In this document: positions 1 through 7,985 of the stretch, one piece after another
Numbering within the stretch: the first letter of the stretch is position 1
How the letters are laid out: each line of letters opens with the position of its first letter
Source: an uncultured Gemmatimonadales bacterium
GTDB taxonomy: Bacteria; Gemmatimonadota; Gemmatimonadetes; Gemmatimonadales; GWC2-71-9
Direction of reading: 5' to 3'
Length of the DNA: 31,955 nucleotides
Assembly (NCBI GenBank): GCA_963825055.1
Contig: CAWGSK010000024.1
Coordinates: 1-31,955, forward strand
Notes under the pieces: generated by a model
Told to the model about the DNA's origin: nothing
Databases searched by the model: none
The model's input: the letters and a program-made list of their open reading frames with translations, nothing else
Translations under genes and position numbers: made by a program

Positions 1-6
1 CAACAC

Positions 7-34
7 CCGTTCACCGTTTACCGTTTACCGTTCA
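7..34. repeat. Tandem heptamer repeat (CCGTTYA)x4
   Basis: Read directly: CCGTTCA CCGTTTA CCGTTTA CCGTTCA upstream of adk. Same family as the CGGTGAA units at 7891. Confidence 0.85.
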
Positions 35-51
35 CGCTGCTGGAGTGTTTC

Positions 52-618
52 GTGGATATTCTGCTGTTGGGCCCGCCGGGGGCGGGGAAAGGCACCCAGG
101 GCGCCATCCTGGGCGAACGGCTCGGCCTCCCCAGGTTCGCCACCGGAGACCTGCTGCGTGACGCGGTCCGCCGCGGCACCCCGGTGGGCCTCAAGGCGAA
201 GGCCATCATGGAAGCCGGCCACCTGGTGAGTGACGACGTCATCATGGGCGTGGTCCGGGACGAACTGGCGAAGCCCGGCGCGCGGGATGGCGTCATTTTC
301 GACGGTGTCGTCCGGACCATCCCGCAGGCGGAAGGCGTGGCGGCGCTGCTGGCCGAGCGGGGACGGACGATGGACCACGTGCTGTTCTTCGACGTGGCGG
401 ACGAGGAGATCCTGGGCCGGATCGCGAAACGGCGGGGCGTGGAGCAGCGGGCCGATGACGATCCCGACGCCGTCGCCGTCCGGCTCCGGGCCTACCGCGA
501 GCAGACGGCGCCGGTGCTCGCCTGGTACCGGGAGCGCGGCGGGGTGGACGTGGTCGACGCGCTCGGTACGGTGGACGAAGTGGCGGAACGGGTCCGCCGG
601 GTGATGGAGCCCGCGTGA
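52..618 (+). CDS. adk: Adenylate kinase (short-LID type)
   Basis: P-loop LLGPPGAGKGTQ, ATGDLLR, FDGVVRT and R-x-DD motifs. GTG start with GGAG upstream. Overlaps the map start (GTGA). Confidence 0.95.
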   Translation: MDILLLGPPGAGKGTQGAILGERLGLPRFATGDLLRDAVRRGTPVGLKAKAIMEAGHLVSDDVIMGVVRDELAKPGARDGVIFDGVVRTIPQAEGVAALLAERGRTMDHVLFFDVADEEILGRIAKRRGVEQRADDDPDAVAVRLRAYREQTAPVLAWYRERGGVDVVDALGTVDEVAERVRRVMEPA

Positions 619-1376
619 TCACGATCAAGTCCGCGCGCGAGCTTGAGGCGATGGCCCGGGCCGGGCAGATCGTGGGCGATACGCTCGCACTGATGCACCG
701 GTCGGTCGAGCCCGGCATGTCCACCGAAGACCTGGATAACATCGCCGAGGCCTTCATCCGGAGCCATGACGGCGCGCGCCCCTCCTTCAAGGGGCTCTAC
801 GGCTTTCCCAAAACCCTCTGCACCTCGATCAACGAGGAGATCGTCCATGGGATCCCGAGCCCGAAGCGCGTGCTCCGGGAAGGGAGCACGGTAAGCGTGG
901 ACGTGGGTGTCTGCATCGACGGCCTCCACGCTGATTCCGCCACGACCATTCCCGTGGGCGAAATCGCGCCAGAGCACGAGCGCCTGCTCCGGGTGACCCG
1001 CGCGTCGCTCGAGGCGGGCATTGCCCAGGCGAAGGTGGGGAACCACGTCGGCGACATCGGCCATGCGGTCCAGCAGGTGGCCGAAGCGGCCGGCTTCGGC
1101 GTCGTCCGGGAACTGGTGGGCCACGGGATCGGGACCGCGTTTCACGAGGAGCCCCAGGTCCCCAACTTCGGAAGCCCGCGCCGGGGCCCGCGCCTGCTGG
1201 AAGGGATGACCCTCGCCATCGAGCCGATGATCACCCTGGGCAGCCCGGCTACCCGCACCCTGTCCGACAAGTGGACCGTGGTGACGGCGGACGGCTCGCT
1301 TTCAGCCCATTTTGAGCACACCGTGGCCATCCTGGCGGATGGGCCCCGTATCCTGACCCTGCCCGGCGGAAACTGA
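615..1376 (+). CDS. map: Type I methionine aminopeptidase
   Basis: CTSINEEIVHGIP, DVGV...HADSA, GHGIG..FHEEP, LAIEPM and SAHFEHTV motifs. Canonical adk-map order. Confidence 0.97.
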   Translation: MITIKSARELEAMARAGQIVGDTLALMHRSVEPGMSTEDLDNIAEAFIRSHDGARPSFKGLYGFPKTLCTSINEEIVHGIPSPKRVLREGSTVSVDVGVCIDGLHADSATTIPVGEIAPEHERLLRVTRASLEAGIAQAKVGNHVGDIGHAVQQVAEAAGFGVVRELVGHGIGTAFHEEPQVPNFGSPRRGPRLLEGMTLAIEPMITLGSPATRTLSDKWTVVTADGSLSAHFEHTVAILADGPRILTLPGGN

Positions 1377-1435
1377 CGCGCTCCTCGCCCCTCCGGACGG
1401 GCCAGGGGCACCGCAGACCGTGGCGCTGGCCGGCC

Positions 1436-2221
1436 TTATCTCTCTGACAGCACGCCCAGCAACCATTCATGGATGGCGGGATTGCCCGCCACCACCGGGC
1501 CATGCTCCACGCCCAGGTCCCGGCCCTTCCAGTCCGTCACCCGTCCCCCCGCCTCGCTCACCAGCACGATACCTGCCGCGATATCCCATGCGGACAGCCG
1601 CTGTTCCCAGAACCCCTCGAACGCTCCCGAGGCGACCGACGCGAGATCCAGCGCGGCGGCGCCCGCGCGACGGACCCCGGTCGTTCCCCTGATGACCCGC
1701 CCGAGCTGGTCCAGATACGCGTCGAGGCTGTCAAGATTGGTGAAAGGAAAGCCGGTGCCGACGAGGGCGTCCGCGGGCGACCGGATGGCCGAGACGTGGA
1801 TGCGCTGGTCGTCGGCCCAGGCCCCGCCGCCCCGGCTGGCCCGGTAGAGCGTCCCCGCCTCCACATCCACGATGACCCCTGCCTCGAGCCGGCCGTCCAG
1901 TGCCGCCGCGATGGAAACAGCGTACGCCGGAAATCCGTGGAGGTAGTTGGTGGTGCCGTCCAGCGGATCCACCACCCACACCAGGCCCCTGGCGTCGATA
2001 TCACTGGACAGTTCCTCCCCGATGACTCGGGAGCGGGGAACCTCCAGGAGGAGGCGCTCGGTGATGAGCTCCTCGCACTCCCGGTCCACCCGGGTCACGA
2101 AATCGTTCGGACCCTTACGGTCCCACTGGCCCGGATCCGGCCGCGTAACCTGCCGGAGCCAGGCGGCCGCCTCGGTAGCCGCGACCGTGGCGACGCGCAG
2201 TAAGTCTAAGCTGGACGCCAT
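1436..2221 (-). CDS. suhB: Inositol monophosphatase family protein (SuhB-like)
   Basis: DFVTRVD, GEE, WVVDPLDGTTNY and WDIAAG signatures. Confidence 0.9.
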   Translation of the reverse strand: MASSLDLLRVATVAATEAAAWLRQVTRPDPGQWDRKGPNDFVTRVDRECEELITERLLLEVPRSRVIGEELSSDIDARGLVWVVDPLDGTTNYLHGFPAYAVSIAAALDGRLEAGVIVDVEAGTLYRASRGGGAWADDQRIHVSAIRSPADALVGTGFPFTNLDSLDAYLDQLGRVIRGTTGVRRAGAAALDLASVASGAFEGFWEQRLSAWDIAAGIVLVSEAGGRVTDWKGRDLGVEHGPVVAGNPAIHEWLLGVLSER

Positions 2222-2222
2222 C

Positions 2223-2251
2223 TTGCGGCTCCCTTCCGGGGTGGGTAGCTT
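2223..2251 (+). promoter_or_regulatory. Putative sigma70 promoter of trpS, likely giving a leaderless mRNA
   Basis: TTGCGG-N17-TAGCTT ending 6 nt before the ATG at 2258. No Shine-Dalgarno in between. Confidence 0.55.
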
Positions 2252-2257
2252 GGGCGC

Positions 2258-3262
2258 ATGTCACGTGTCTTTTCAGGAATTCAGCCGTCAGGCGAACTCC
2301 ACATCGGCAACTGGCTCGGGGCCGTCCAGAACTGGGTCCAGCTCCAGCACACGCACGACTGCCTCGTGTGCATTGTGGACCTGCACGCCGTCACGCAGGA
2401 GTACGACCACGCGACGCTCGCCGGGCGCACCCGCGACATGGCGATCGGCCTGCTCGCCTGCGGGCTCGATCCCGAGCTCCTGACGCTCTTTGTTCAGTCA
2501 CACGTCCCCGAGCACTCGGAGCTCCAGTGGCTCCTCAACGCCGTGACGCCGCTGGGCGAGCTGGAACGGATGACGCAGTTCAAAGATAAGTCACAGCGCT
2601 ACGAGAGCATTCCGGCGGGGCTGCTCAATTACCCGGTCCTGATGGCCGCGGACATCCTGCTCTACCGGGCCGATCGCGTGCCGGTGGGCGAGGACCAGAT
2701 TCAGCACCTCGAGCTCGCCCGCGAGGTAGCCCGGAAGTGGAACCAGGAGTTTGCCGGGGGCGAGCCGTTCTTCCCCGAGCCGCAGCCGCTGCTCACGACG
2801 GCCCGCCGCATCATGGGGCTGGACGGCCAGGCGAAGATGTCGAAGAGCCTGGGCAATACGATCGGCCTGCTGGACACCCCTGAGGAGATCTGGGCAAAGC
2901 TGCGGCCCGCCAGGACGGATCCGAAGCGGGTGAGGCGCACCGACCCCGGGACTCCCGAAGACTGTAACATCTACGCACTGCACCGGTACTTCTCTCCGCC
3001 GCAGACCGTGGAACATGTCGCGACGCAGTGCCGCACGGCCGGCTGGGGATGCCTCGACTGCAAGCGCGTGCTGGCGGACAACATGATTGCGGCACTGGCG
3101 CCGATCCGTGAGCGGGCCCTGGAGCTGCAGGCCCACCCCGGGCGCGTTCGGGATATCCTGGCCGCCGGCGCGGAACGCGCCCGCCACGTGGCCGGCGAAA
3201 CGATGCGCGCGGTCCGAGAGCGCATGGGATTCCTTGCCCAGACGGTGCGGGCCGGCTCCTGA
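2258..3262 (+). CDS. trpS: Tryptophan--tRNA ligase
   Basis: FSGIQPSG-LHIGN (HIGH motif), YPVLMAADILLY, VPVGEDQ and KMSKS. Confidence 0.97.
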   Translation: MSRVFSGIQPSGELHIGNWLGAVQNWVQLQHTHDCLVCIVDLHAVTQEYDHATLAGRTRDMAIGLLACGLDPELLTLFVQSHVPEHSELQWLLNAVTPLGELERMTQFKDKSQRYESIPAGLLNYPVLMAADILLYRADRVPVGEDQIQHLELAREVARKWNQEFAGGEPFFPEPQPLLTTARRIMGLDGQAKMSKSLGNTIGLLDTPEEIWAKLRPARTDPKRVRRTDPGTPEDCNIYALHRYFSPPQTVEHVATQCRTAGWGCLDCKRVLADNMIAALAPIRERALELQAHPGRVRDILAAGAERARHVAGETMRAVRERMGFLAQTVRAGS

Positions 3263-3298
3263 TCCGTATCGCCTGCTTCCCCTGACCGGAACAACCGA

Positions 3299-4387
3299 AT
3301 GGCAACAGCGACGGTGGAACGGATTATCAAGGCTGCGGTGGCGCGCGGCGCCTCCGACCTGCTCATCAAGGCAGGGGATGTGTTCCGGGCCCGCATCAAC
3401 GGCGTCCTCGAGCCCCTCACGAAGCAGCGGCTGACTCCCGACCAGACCCGGGCTATTGCCATGAAACTGGTCGGCTCCGATACCGACCGCGCCCGCCTGG
3501 ACCGCACCCAGGATTTCGACTGCAGCTGGGGGCTGCCGGGAGTGGGCCGGTTCCGGGTGAACGTGAGCCGGCAGCGTTCCAGTTTCATGATCGTCATGCG
3601 GGTGATCCCGTTCGACGTGCCCACGCTCGAAGGGTTGCACCTTCCCGCGGCCCTCGCGTCCATCGCGGAGGCGGAACGGGGGCTCGTCATCGTGAGTGGC
3701 GCCTCGGGTGGCGGCAAGACCTCGACCGTGGCCGCGATGCTGAACCATGTGAATCGCAATTTCCAGCGCCACATCGTCACGATCGAGGATCCCATCGAGT
3801 TCCTGCATCGTGATGTGAAGTCATCGGTGACCCAGCGCGAGGTGGGCGTGGATACCGCGTCCTACCTGGTCGGTCTCGGGGCGGCGCTTCGCCAGGACCC
3901 CGACGTGATCGTCCTGGGCGAGCTGGTCGACAGCGAGACAATGGACCGGGCGATAAAGGCGGCGGAGATGGGCCACCTGGTCCTGGCGGCGATGACCACA
4001 TACGACGTGACGCAGACCGTCGCACGGCTCCTGGCACTCTACCGTCGCGATGAGCGCCACGTCGGACGTCTCCGCCTCGCGAGTGTGCTTCGCGCGGTCA
4101 TCAGCCAGCGCCTGGTACCGCGGGGTGACGACGGGGGCCGCGTGCCTGCGGTCGAGATTCTCATGTCGAGCCCGGAAATCCGGGCGCGGATCGAGGAGCC
4201 GAACCGGCTGGGCGAGCTGCGCGAGGTGATGGAATCCGGGGGCGAAGCCGGGATGCAGACGCTGGAGCAGCACCTCTCCGCGCTCACGGCAGAGGGCACG
4301 ATCTCCGCTGAGACGGCCCGGGCGGTGGCGGCCGATCCCGAAGCCCTCGACCTCCCCCGGGCAAAGGGTCGAAGGGCGAAGTCATGA
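3299..4387 (+). CDS. pilT: PilT/PilU-family type IV pilus retraction ATPase (divergent paralog)
   Basis: GASD, GRFRVN, Walker A GASGGGKT, TIEDPIEF, QREVG, LRQDPDVIVLGE, VISQRL and GMQTLEQ. The His box is degenerate. Confidence 0.85.
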   Translation: MATATVERIIKAAVARGASDLLIKAGDVFRARINGVLEPLTKQRLTPDQTRAIAMKLVGSDTDRARLDRTQDFDCSWGLPGVGRFRVNVSRQRSSFMIVMRVIPFDVPTLEGLHLPAALASIAEAERGLVIVSGASGGGKTSTVAAMLNHVNRNFQRHIVTIEDPIEFLHRDVKSSVTQREVGVDTASYLVGLGAALRQDPDVIVLGELVDSETMDRAIKAAEMGHLVLAAMTTYDVTQTVARLLALYRRDERHVGRLRLASVLRAVISQRLVPRGDDGGRVPAVEILMSSPEIRARIEEPNRLGELREVMESGGEAGMQTLEQHLSALTAEGTISAETARAVAADPEALDLPRAKGRRAKS

Positions 4388-5496
4388 AGGCCGCCCGCCC
4401 GCCGGAAGCCCGCGGGCTGGTGGAGAGTCTCCTGCGGTCCCCCAGGGAGGCCGGAACCGAGGGCGCAGACGCCGCCCGGGAGCGGGTGGCCGCCTTTCTC
4501 CGCGCCCATGGCTGGCAGGTGGAGGAACAGCGCTTCAGCTTTTCCGGGGGCGCACTGCTTGCCTTTCCGCTCTTCGGTGCGGGACTCGGCTGGCTCACCC
4601 TGATCGCGATCCCGCTCCTGCTCCTGCCCGCCGTGCCCCGCTGGGCTGCCCTGGTGGCCTGGCTCATCGGGCTGGCCGCGCTCGCCGTCCTCACGGCGGG
4701 ACTGGGACTGGGCTGGTCGCGGTGGGGGGACGACCGCGAGGACGCCAACCTGGTGGCGACCCGTCCCGGCGGTATGGTGCGGGGCTGGTTCGTGGCCCAC
4801 CTGGACACCAAGGCCCAGGGCCACTCGATGGCCGGACGGCTGGTGGCGGTCTGGGCCTGCGTCGCCGTGGTGCCCCTGTTCCTGGCCCTCTGCCTCTGGC
4901 GCCTGGTGGGGCCGCTCTCCCCAATGGTCGTGGCTGCCGGGGCCGGGGCAGCGCTGGCGGCCGGTGTCCTGGCCGGCCGGGGCCGCCTTCGCGGGGAGTC
5001 CCCGGGGGCACGGGACAACGGAACGGGCCTCTGCGCGCTTCTGGAGCTGGCGACCACTCTCCGGGACCCGGGAGCGGGCCTCCTGGTGACGGGTGCCGAG
5101 GAATTCGGGCTGGTCGGCGCCCGGATCATGGGCCGGGTGTCCCCCGAACGGGTACGCGGCACGACGGTGATCAACTTCGACACGATCGACGAGACCGGAC
5201 CGCTCCGGATCGTGGCGCACGACGGGCCGGGCCGCGCCCTGGCGGAGCGCCTCCGCCCGGTCCTGGGGAACGCGCGGACGCCGGTCCGCCTGCATCGCCT
5301 GCCCGCCGGCATCTTCGTCGACAGCCTCCCCATGGCCCGGACCGGCGCACGGGCGGTCACCATCGCCCGGCTCGACTGGTCCACGCTCCGGAAAATCCAC
5401 ACCCCCCGGGATACGCTCGATGCCCTCTCACTGGAGACACCGAGGCGTCTCGCAGGGGTGCTGGCAGGGTTTGACCTTTCCGGGGCCGACGGCTAG
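4384..5496 (+). CDS. M28-family Zn metallopeptidase with inserted transmembrane hairpins
   Basis: AHLD, GARDNGTG, GAEEFGLVG, INFD and IHTPRD match the M28 metal-ligand motifs. Two hydrophobic hairpins. ATGA overlap with the pilT-like gene. Confidence 0.8.
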   Translation: MKAARPPEARGLVESLLRSPREAGTEGADAARERVAAFLRAHGWQVEEQRFSFSGGALLAFPLFGAGLGWLTLIAIPLLLLPAVPRWAALVAWLIGLAALAVLTAGLGLGWSRWGDDREDANLVATRPGGMVRGWFVAHLDTKAQGHSMAGRLVAVWACVAVVPLFLALCLWRLVGPLSPMVVAAGAGAALAAGVLAGRGRLRGESPGARDNGTGLCALLELATTLRDPGAGLLVTGAEEFGLVGARIMGRVSPERVRGTTVINFDTIDETGPLRIVAHDGPGRALAERLRPVLGNARTPVRLHRLPAGIFVDSLPMARTGARAVTIARLDWSTLRKIHTPRDTLDALSLETPRRLAGVLAGFDLSGADG

Positions 5497-5499
5497 GAT
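5471..5499 (+). promoter_or_regulatory. Putative sigma70 promoter upstream of purA
   Basis: TTGACC-N17-TAGGAT overlapping the M28 stop codon. Confidence 0.55.
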
Positions 5500-5515
5500 T
5501 GCTGGAGGATTCAGG

Positions 5516-5536
5516 AGCCCCGCCACGGGGCTTTTT
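5516..5536 (+). terminator. Intrinsic terminator-like hairpin
   Basis: AGCCCCG-CCA-CGGGGCT followed by TTTTCGTT. Confidence 0.65.
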
Positions 5537-5587
5537 CGTTGCCGGTACCCCGCGGTACCACACCGACGTTCCGTCCGGAGCCTGCTG

Positions 5588-6868
5588 ATGTTCGATCCAA
5601 AGACCTACTGTGTCGTCGTGGTGGGCGCGCAGTGGGGGGATGAGGGGAAGGGAAAGCTGGTCGACGTCCTGGCCGAACGGGCCGACCTCGTGGTGCGCTA
5701 CCAGGGCGGGGCGAACGCGGGGCACACGGTCGTCACGGGCGACAGCCAGTTTGTCCTGCACCAGATCCCCTCGGGGATCCTGCACCAGGGGGCTACCTGC
5801 GTGGTCGGGAACGGTGTCGTGCTCGACCCGGATACTTTCTTCACGGAACTGGACGAGCTGACCGCGCGCGGGATCGACACGGCCGGGCGGCTCTTCGTGA
5901 GCGACCGGGCGCACCTGGTCCTGCCGCTCCACAAGCTGCTCGACAGCGCCAGCGAGAAGAGCCAGAAGATCGGGACGACGGGACGCGGTATCGGGCCGAC
6001 CTATGAGGACAAGTATGGTCGGCGCGGCATCCGCGTGGCGGATCTCCGGAACCTCCCCGCCGCACTGGAACTGGTGCGCGAGCGGGTCGAGCGGGCGAAC
6101 CTGCTGCTGGAGTTGATGGGCTCCGCCGGGCGGGCCGACCTGGCGGCGCACGAGGCGCTGCTCACGCGGCTGGCGCCGCGCATCCTCCCGCTTGCCGCGG
6201 ACAGCGGCCACCTGGTGGACCTCGCGCTGCGGCAGGGCCGGCGCGTGCTGCTGGAGGGTGCGCAGGGCGCCCTCCTCGATGTGGACCACGGCACCTACCC
6301 TTTCGTCACCTCCTCCAACACGACCGCCGGCGGTGCGGCCACCGGCGCCGGCATCGGGCCGACCGCGATCGACGGCGTGCTCGGCGTGGTCAAGGCCTAT
6401 ACCACGCGAGTAGGCAACGGTCCCCTTCCGACCGAAGTTGAAGGGGAACTGGGTGACAGGCTCCGTGAGGCGGGGGCCGAGTTCGGGGCGACCACCGGCC
6501 GCCCGCGGCGGTGCGGATGGTTCGATGCCAACGTGGTGCGTTACGCGGTCCGCGTGAACGGCCTGACCGGGCTGGCGGTTACGAAACTCGATGTCCTGGA
6601 CGGGATGGAGGAGCTCCCGGTCGGGACCGGCTATCGCCTGGACGGCGAGGTCTGCGAGGAGATTCCGGCGGACGTGGATCGGCTGTCCCGCGTGGAACCG
6701 GTGTATGAGGTGCTGCCCGGCTGGAACCGCCCCACCGGGGCGGCGCGGCGTCTGGCCGACCTTCCGCCTGCGGCGCGTGCCTACCTGGACCGGCTGGAGG
6801 ATCTGGCCGGGGCGCCCATCCGCTACGTCAGTGTCGGGACCCGCCGGGACCAGATCATCGAGGTGTAG
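5588..6868 (+). CDS. purA: Adenylosuccinate synthetase
   Basis: GAQWGDEGKGK, GGANAGHT, GTTGRGIGP, EGAQG, GTYPFVTSS, GATTGRPRRCGWFD and TKLDVL. Start moved to the ATG at 5588. Confidence 0.97.
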   Translation: MFDPKTYCVVVVGAQWGDEGKGKLVDVLAERADLVVRYQGGANAGHTVVTGDSQFVLHQIPSGILHQGATCVVGNGVVLDPDTFFTELDELTARGIDTAGRLFVSDRAHLVLPLHKLLDSASEKSQKIGTTGRGIGPTYEDKYGRRGIRVADLRNLPAALELVRERVERANLLLELMGSAGRADLAAHEALLTRLAPRILPLAADSGHLVDLALRQGRRVLLEGAQGALLDVDHGTYPFVTSSNTTAGGAATGAGIGPTAIDGVLGVVKAYTTRVGNGPLPTEVEGELGDRLREAGAEFGATTGRPRRCGWFDANVVRYAVRVNGLTGLAVTKLDVLDGMEELPVGTGYRLDGEVCEEIPADVDRLSRVEPVYEVLPGWNRPTGAARRLADLPPAARAYLDRLEDLAGAPIRYVSVGTRRDQIIEV

Positions 6869-6870
6869 GC

Positions 6871-7890
6871 GTGGCCGACCCGACTGAACCCGTCATGCGT
6901 GAGGAGTTCCGCTCCGAGATCACGAGCCTGCTCGTGGTCGGCGCGGGGCCGGCGGGGCTGGCGGTGGGCATCGAGGCCGAGCGCCATGCGGTGCCCTGCA
7001 TCCTGGTGGACCGCGGGACTGTCGTCAGCACCATCGAGCGGTATCCCCTCGGCATGACCTTCTTTTCCACCCCGGAGCGGCTCGAGATCGGCGACGTGCC
7101 CTTCATCGCGAGCCACGAGAAACCGACGCGCCGCGACGGCCTGCTGTATTACCGGCGGGTGGCGGAGCATTTCGAGCTGGATGTGCGCCCCGGGGAGAAC
7201 GCCGTGGCCGTTGCGCGCGATTCCCATTCCCACTACCGGGTTACGGTGGAGCGGCGGGACGGCCGGCAGGTGTACCTGGCCGAGGCCGTGGTCTTCGCGA
7301 CGGGGTACTACGACTGGCCCAACCTCCTTGGGGTGCCCGGCGAGGACCTTCCGCACGTCCACCACTACTTCCGGGAGGGGCATGCGTACTGGAAGCAGAA
7401 CGTGGTCGTGGTCGGGGCGGGGAACAGCAGCGTGGATGCGGCGCTCGAGTGCTACCGGGCCGGCGCGCAGGTAACCATCGTGCATTTCGGGCACGAGTTT
7501 GACCGGACGGTAAAGGCCTGGGTCATGCCCGACATCATTAACCGGGTGAGGGAGGAGAGCATCGCCGTCCGCTGGGGCGCCCGGCTCTCCCTCATCACGC
7601 CCACCGAAGTGGAGATCGTCCTGGCGGATGGCGGGACCGAACGGTTCCCCTGTGACGCCGTCCTGGCCATGACGGGCTATCACGCCGACACCACCCTGCT
7701 TCGTGAGCTGGGTGTCCCGGTGGAGCCGGACACCGGCGTTCCGGCGCACGACCCCGGGACCATGGCCACGCCGGTGCGCGGCATCTACGTCGCGGGCGTC
7801 CTGGCGGCGGGGAATGACGCCAACCGGCTGTTCATCGAGAACACACGCCATCACGGGGAGGCGATTGTGGGAGATTTTCTCGGTCGCTGA
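6871..7890 (+). CDS. ypdA: YpdA-family FAD/NADPH disulfide reductase (putative bacillithiol disulfide reductase)
   Basis: GAGPAG, YPLGMTFFSTPERLEIG, KPTR, ATGYYD, GAGNSSVDAALE and FIEN. No TrxR CxxC. An alternative ATG at 6895 is possible. Confidence 0.88.
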   Translation: MADPTEPVMREEFRSEITSLLVVGAGPAGLAVGIEAERHAVPCILVDRGTVVSTIERYPLGMTFFSTPERLEIGDVPFIASHEKPTRRDGLLYYRRVAEHFELDVRPGENAVAVARDSHSHYRVTVERRDGRQVYLAEAVVFATGYYDWPNLLGVPGEDLPHVHHYFREGHAYWKQNVVVVGAGNSSVDAALECYRAGAQVTIVHFGHEFDRTVKAWVMPDIINRVREESIAVRWGARLSLITPTEVEIVLADGGTERFPCDAVLAMTGYHADTTLLRELGVPVEPDTGVPAHDPGTMATPVRGIYVAGVLAAGNDANRLFIENTRHHGEAIVGDFLGR

Positions 7891-7985
7891 CGGTGAATGG
7901 TGAAGAGTGAAAGGAAAAGAGAAGGGTCGCGGGGATGACTTCCCGTGACCCTTTCACTGTTTACCCCTCACCTCTCACCGCTGTC
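7891..7985. repeat. Inverted heptamer arrays (NNGTGAA... / ...YTYAC) flanking a hairpin
   Basis: CGGTGAA TGGTGAA GAGTGAA on the left; CTTTCAC TGTTTAC CCCTCAC CTCTCAC on the right. Confidence 0.7.
7922..7953. terminator. Likely bidirectional terminator hairpin between convergent ypdA and the pilX-like gene
   Basis: AAGGGTCGCGGGGA-TGAC-TTCCCGTGACCCTT forms a 14-bp stem with two G-U pairs on the plus strand. A-rich left flank, T-rich right flank. Confidence 0.7.
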
